Part shown: positions 63,605 to 64,000 of the stretch, piece by piece | How positions within the stretch are numbered: position 1 is the stretch's first letter | Layout: each line of letters opens with the position of its first letter | IMG/VR virus record: IMGVR_UViG_3300017989_000002 | Source of the DNA: a virus | DNA: 64,000 bases | Reading direction: 5' to 3' (one strand) | The notes under the pieces: model-generated | Told to the model about the DNA's origin: nothing | The model's input: the letters and a program-made list of their open reading frames with translations, nothing else | The model's database searches: none | Position numbers and translations under genes: made by a program

Positions 63605-64000
63605 TGCCTGACCCGCCCGACCACCTGGCGCCCGAGGGACGTGCTCGCTGGAAGCACGCCTGGCGCCGAGAGCACCTGTACCCCACCATCCTGCCTCGAT
63701 GGGCCTACCTGCCGCCGTCCGTGCGGGAGGAGCTCATCCGGCGAGAGGAGACCTCATGAAGACCGCCAAGTTCCTACGCAACCTCGCCGCCTGGGTCCGA
63801 GACTCGGACGCCAACGTCGCCGCCGTCGTGCGCAGCTCGCTCTACGAGGCGGGCATCGACGACACCGAAGACGGCGACGACGCCGACGAGGTGGCCCGAA
63901 CCCTGGACATCCTCGCCGACCAGGTCGAGCAGGGGGACGTGCCATGACGGGCCGTCGTGTGATCGGCTTCGACCTCGGGGACGAGACCTCCCGCCCGGCC

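Larger units (their letters stand above)
1..64000. mobile_element. Segment of a large/jumbo tailed phage genome (high GC)
   Basis: Dense small ORFs with ATGA/GTGA overlaps, phage-type nucleotide metabolism genes, a tRNA cluster, a tail-chaperone-type frameshift, a recurring promoter motif and no host housekeeping operons. Confidence 0.85.

Noticed and set aside
1-64000. Many long Arg/Pro/Gly-rich or antisense ORFs in the six-frame track (for example 5827-7206, 8876-10285, 48184-49752, 57934-59106)
   Set aside because: Shadow frames of real genes caused by high GC3; no RBS and low-complexity translations
1-64000. Stop-codon reassignment
   Set aside because: Recognisable genes are full length under the standard code, TGA/TAG end genes with tight overlaps, and no suppressor tRNA is present

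Overview
This window looks like 64 kb of a very GC-rich large (probably jumbo) tailed-phage genome. A Myxococcota/deltaproteobacterial host is inferred from a split RdgC pair and an SspB homologue. Most of it is tightly packed, often ATGA-overlapping small hypothetical ORFs in strand-switching blocks. Recognisable genes are a DUF932-like protein, a Dda/RecD-like helicase, ThyX, SspB, dNMP kinase, NUDIX, two RdgC-like proteins, SLOG/DUF2493, an alpha/beta hydrolase, a nucleotidyltransferase, an HD hydrolase, NADAR, a truncated RecA, a metzincin-like protease, a TopoVI-A-like toprim protein and an MmcB-like nuclease. There are five tRNA genes on the minus strand (Pro, Met, Tyr, Trp, Phe). The main finding is that these tRNAs sit in two tandem modules, each with a sigma70-type promoter, a leaderless short leader ORF and mutually exclusive RNA helices. 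Each leader contains codons for the tRNAs immediately downstream: Tyr-Trp-Phe ahead of tRNA-Tyr/Trp/Phe in the same order, and Met-Pro ahead of tRNA-Pro/Met. This suggests ribosome-stalling attenuators that switch on phage tRNAs when the matching charged tRNA runs short. Other findings are a -1 frameshift of the tail-chaperone type, two promoter-like motif families, a shared N-terminal motif on two proteins, a probably inactive RecA and proteins that read as collages of replication-enzyme motifs. All family assignments come from recognising motifs by eye; no database search was run.
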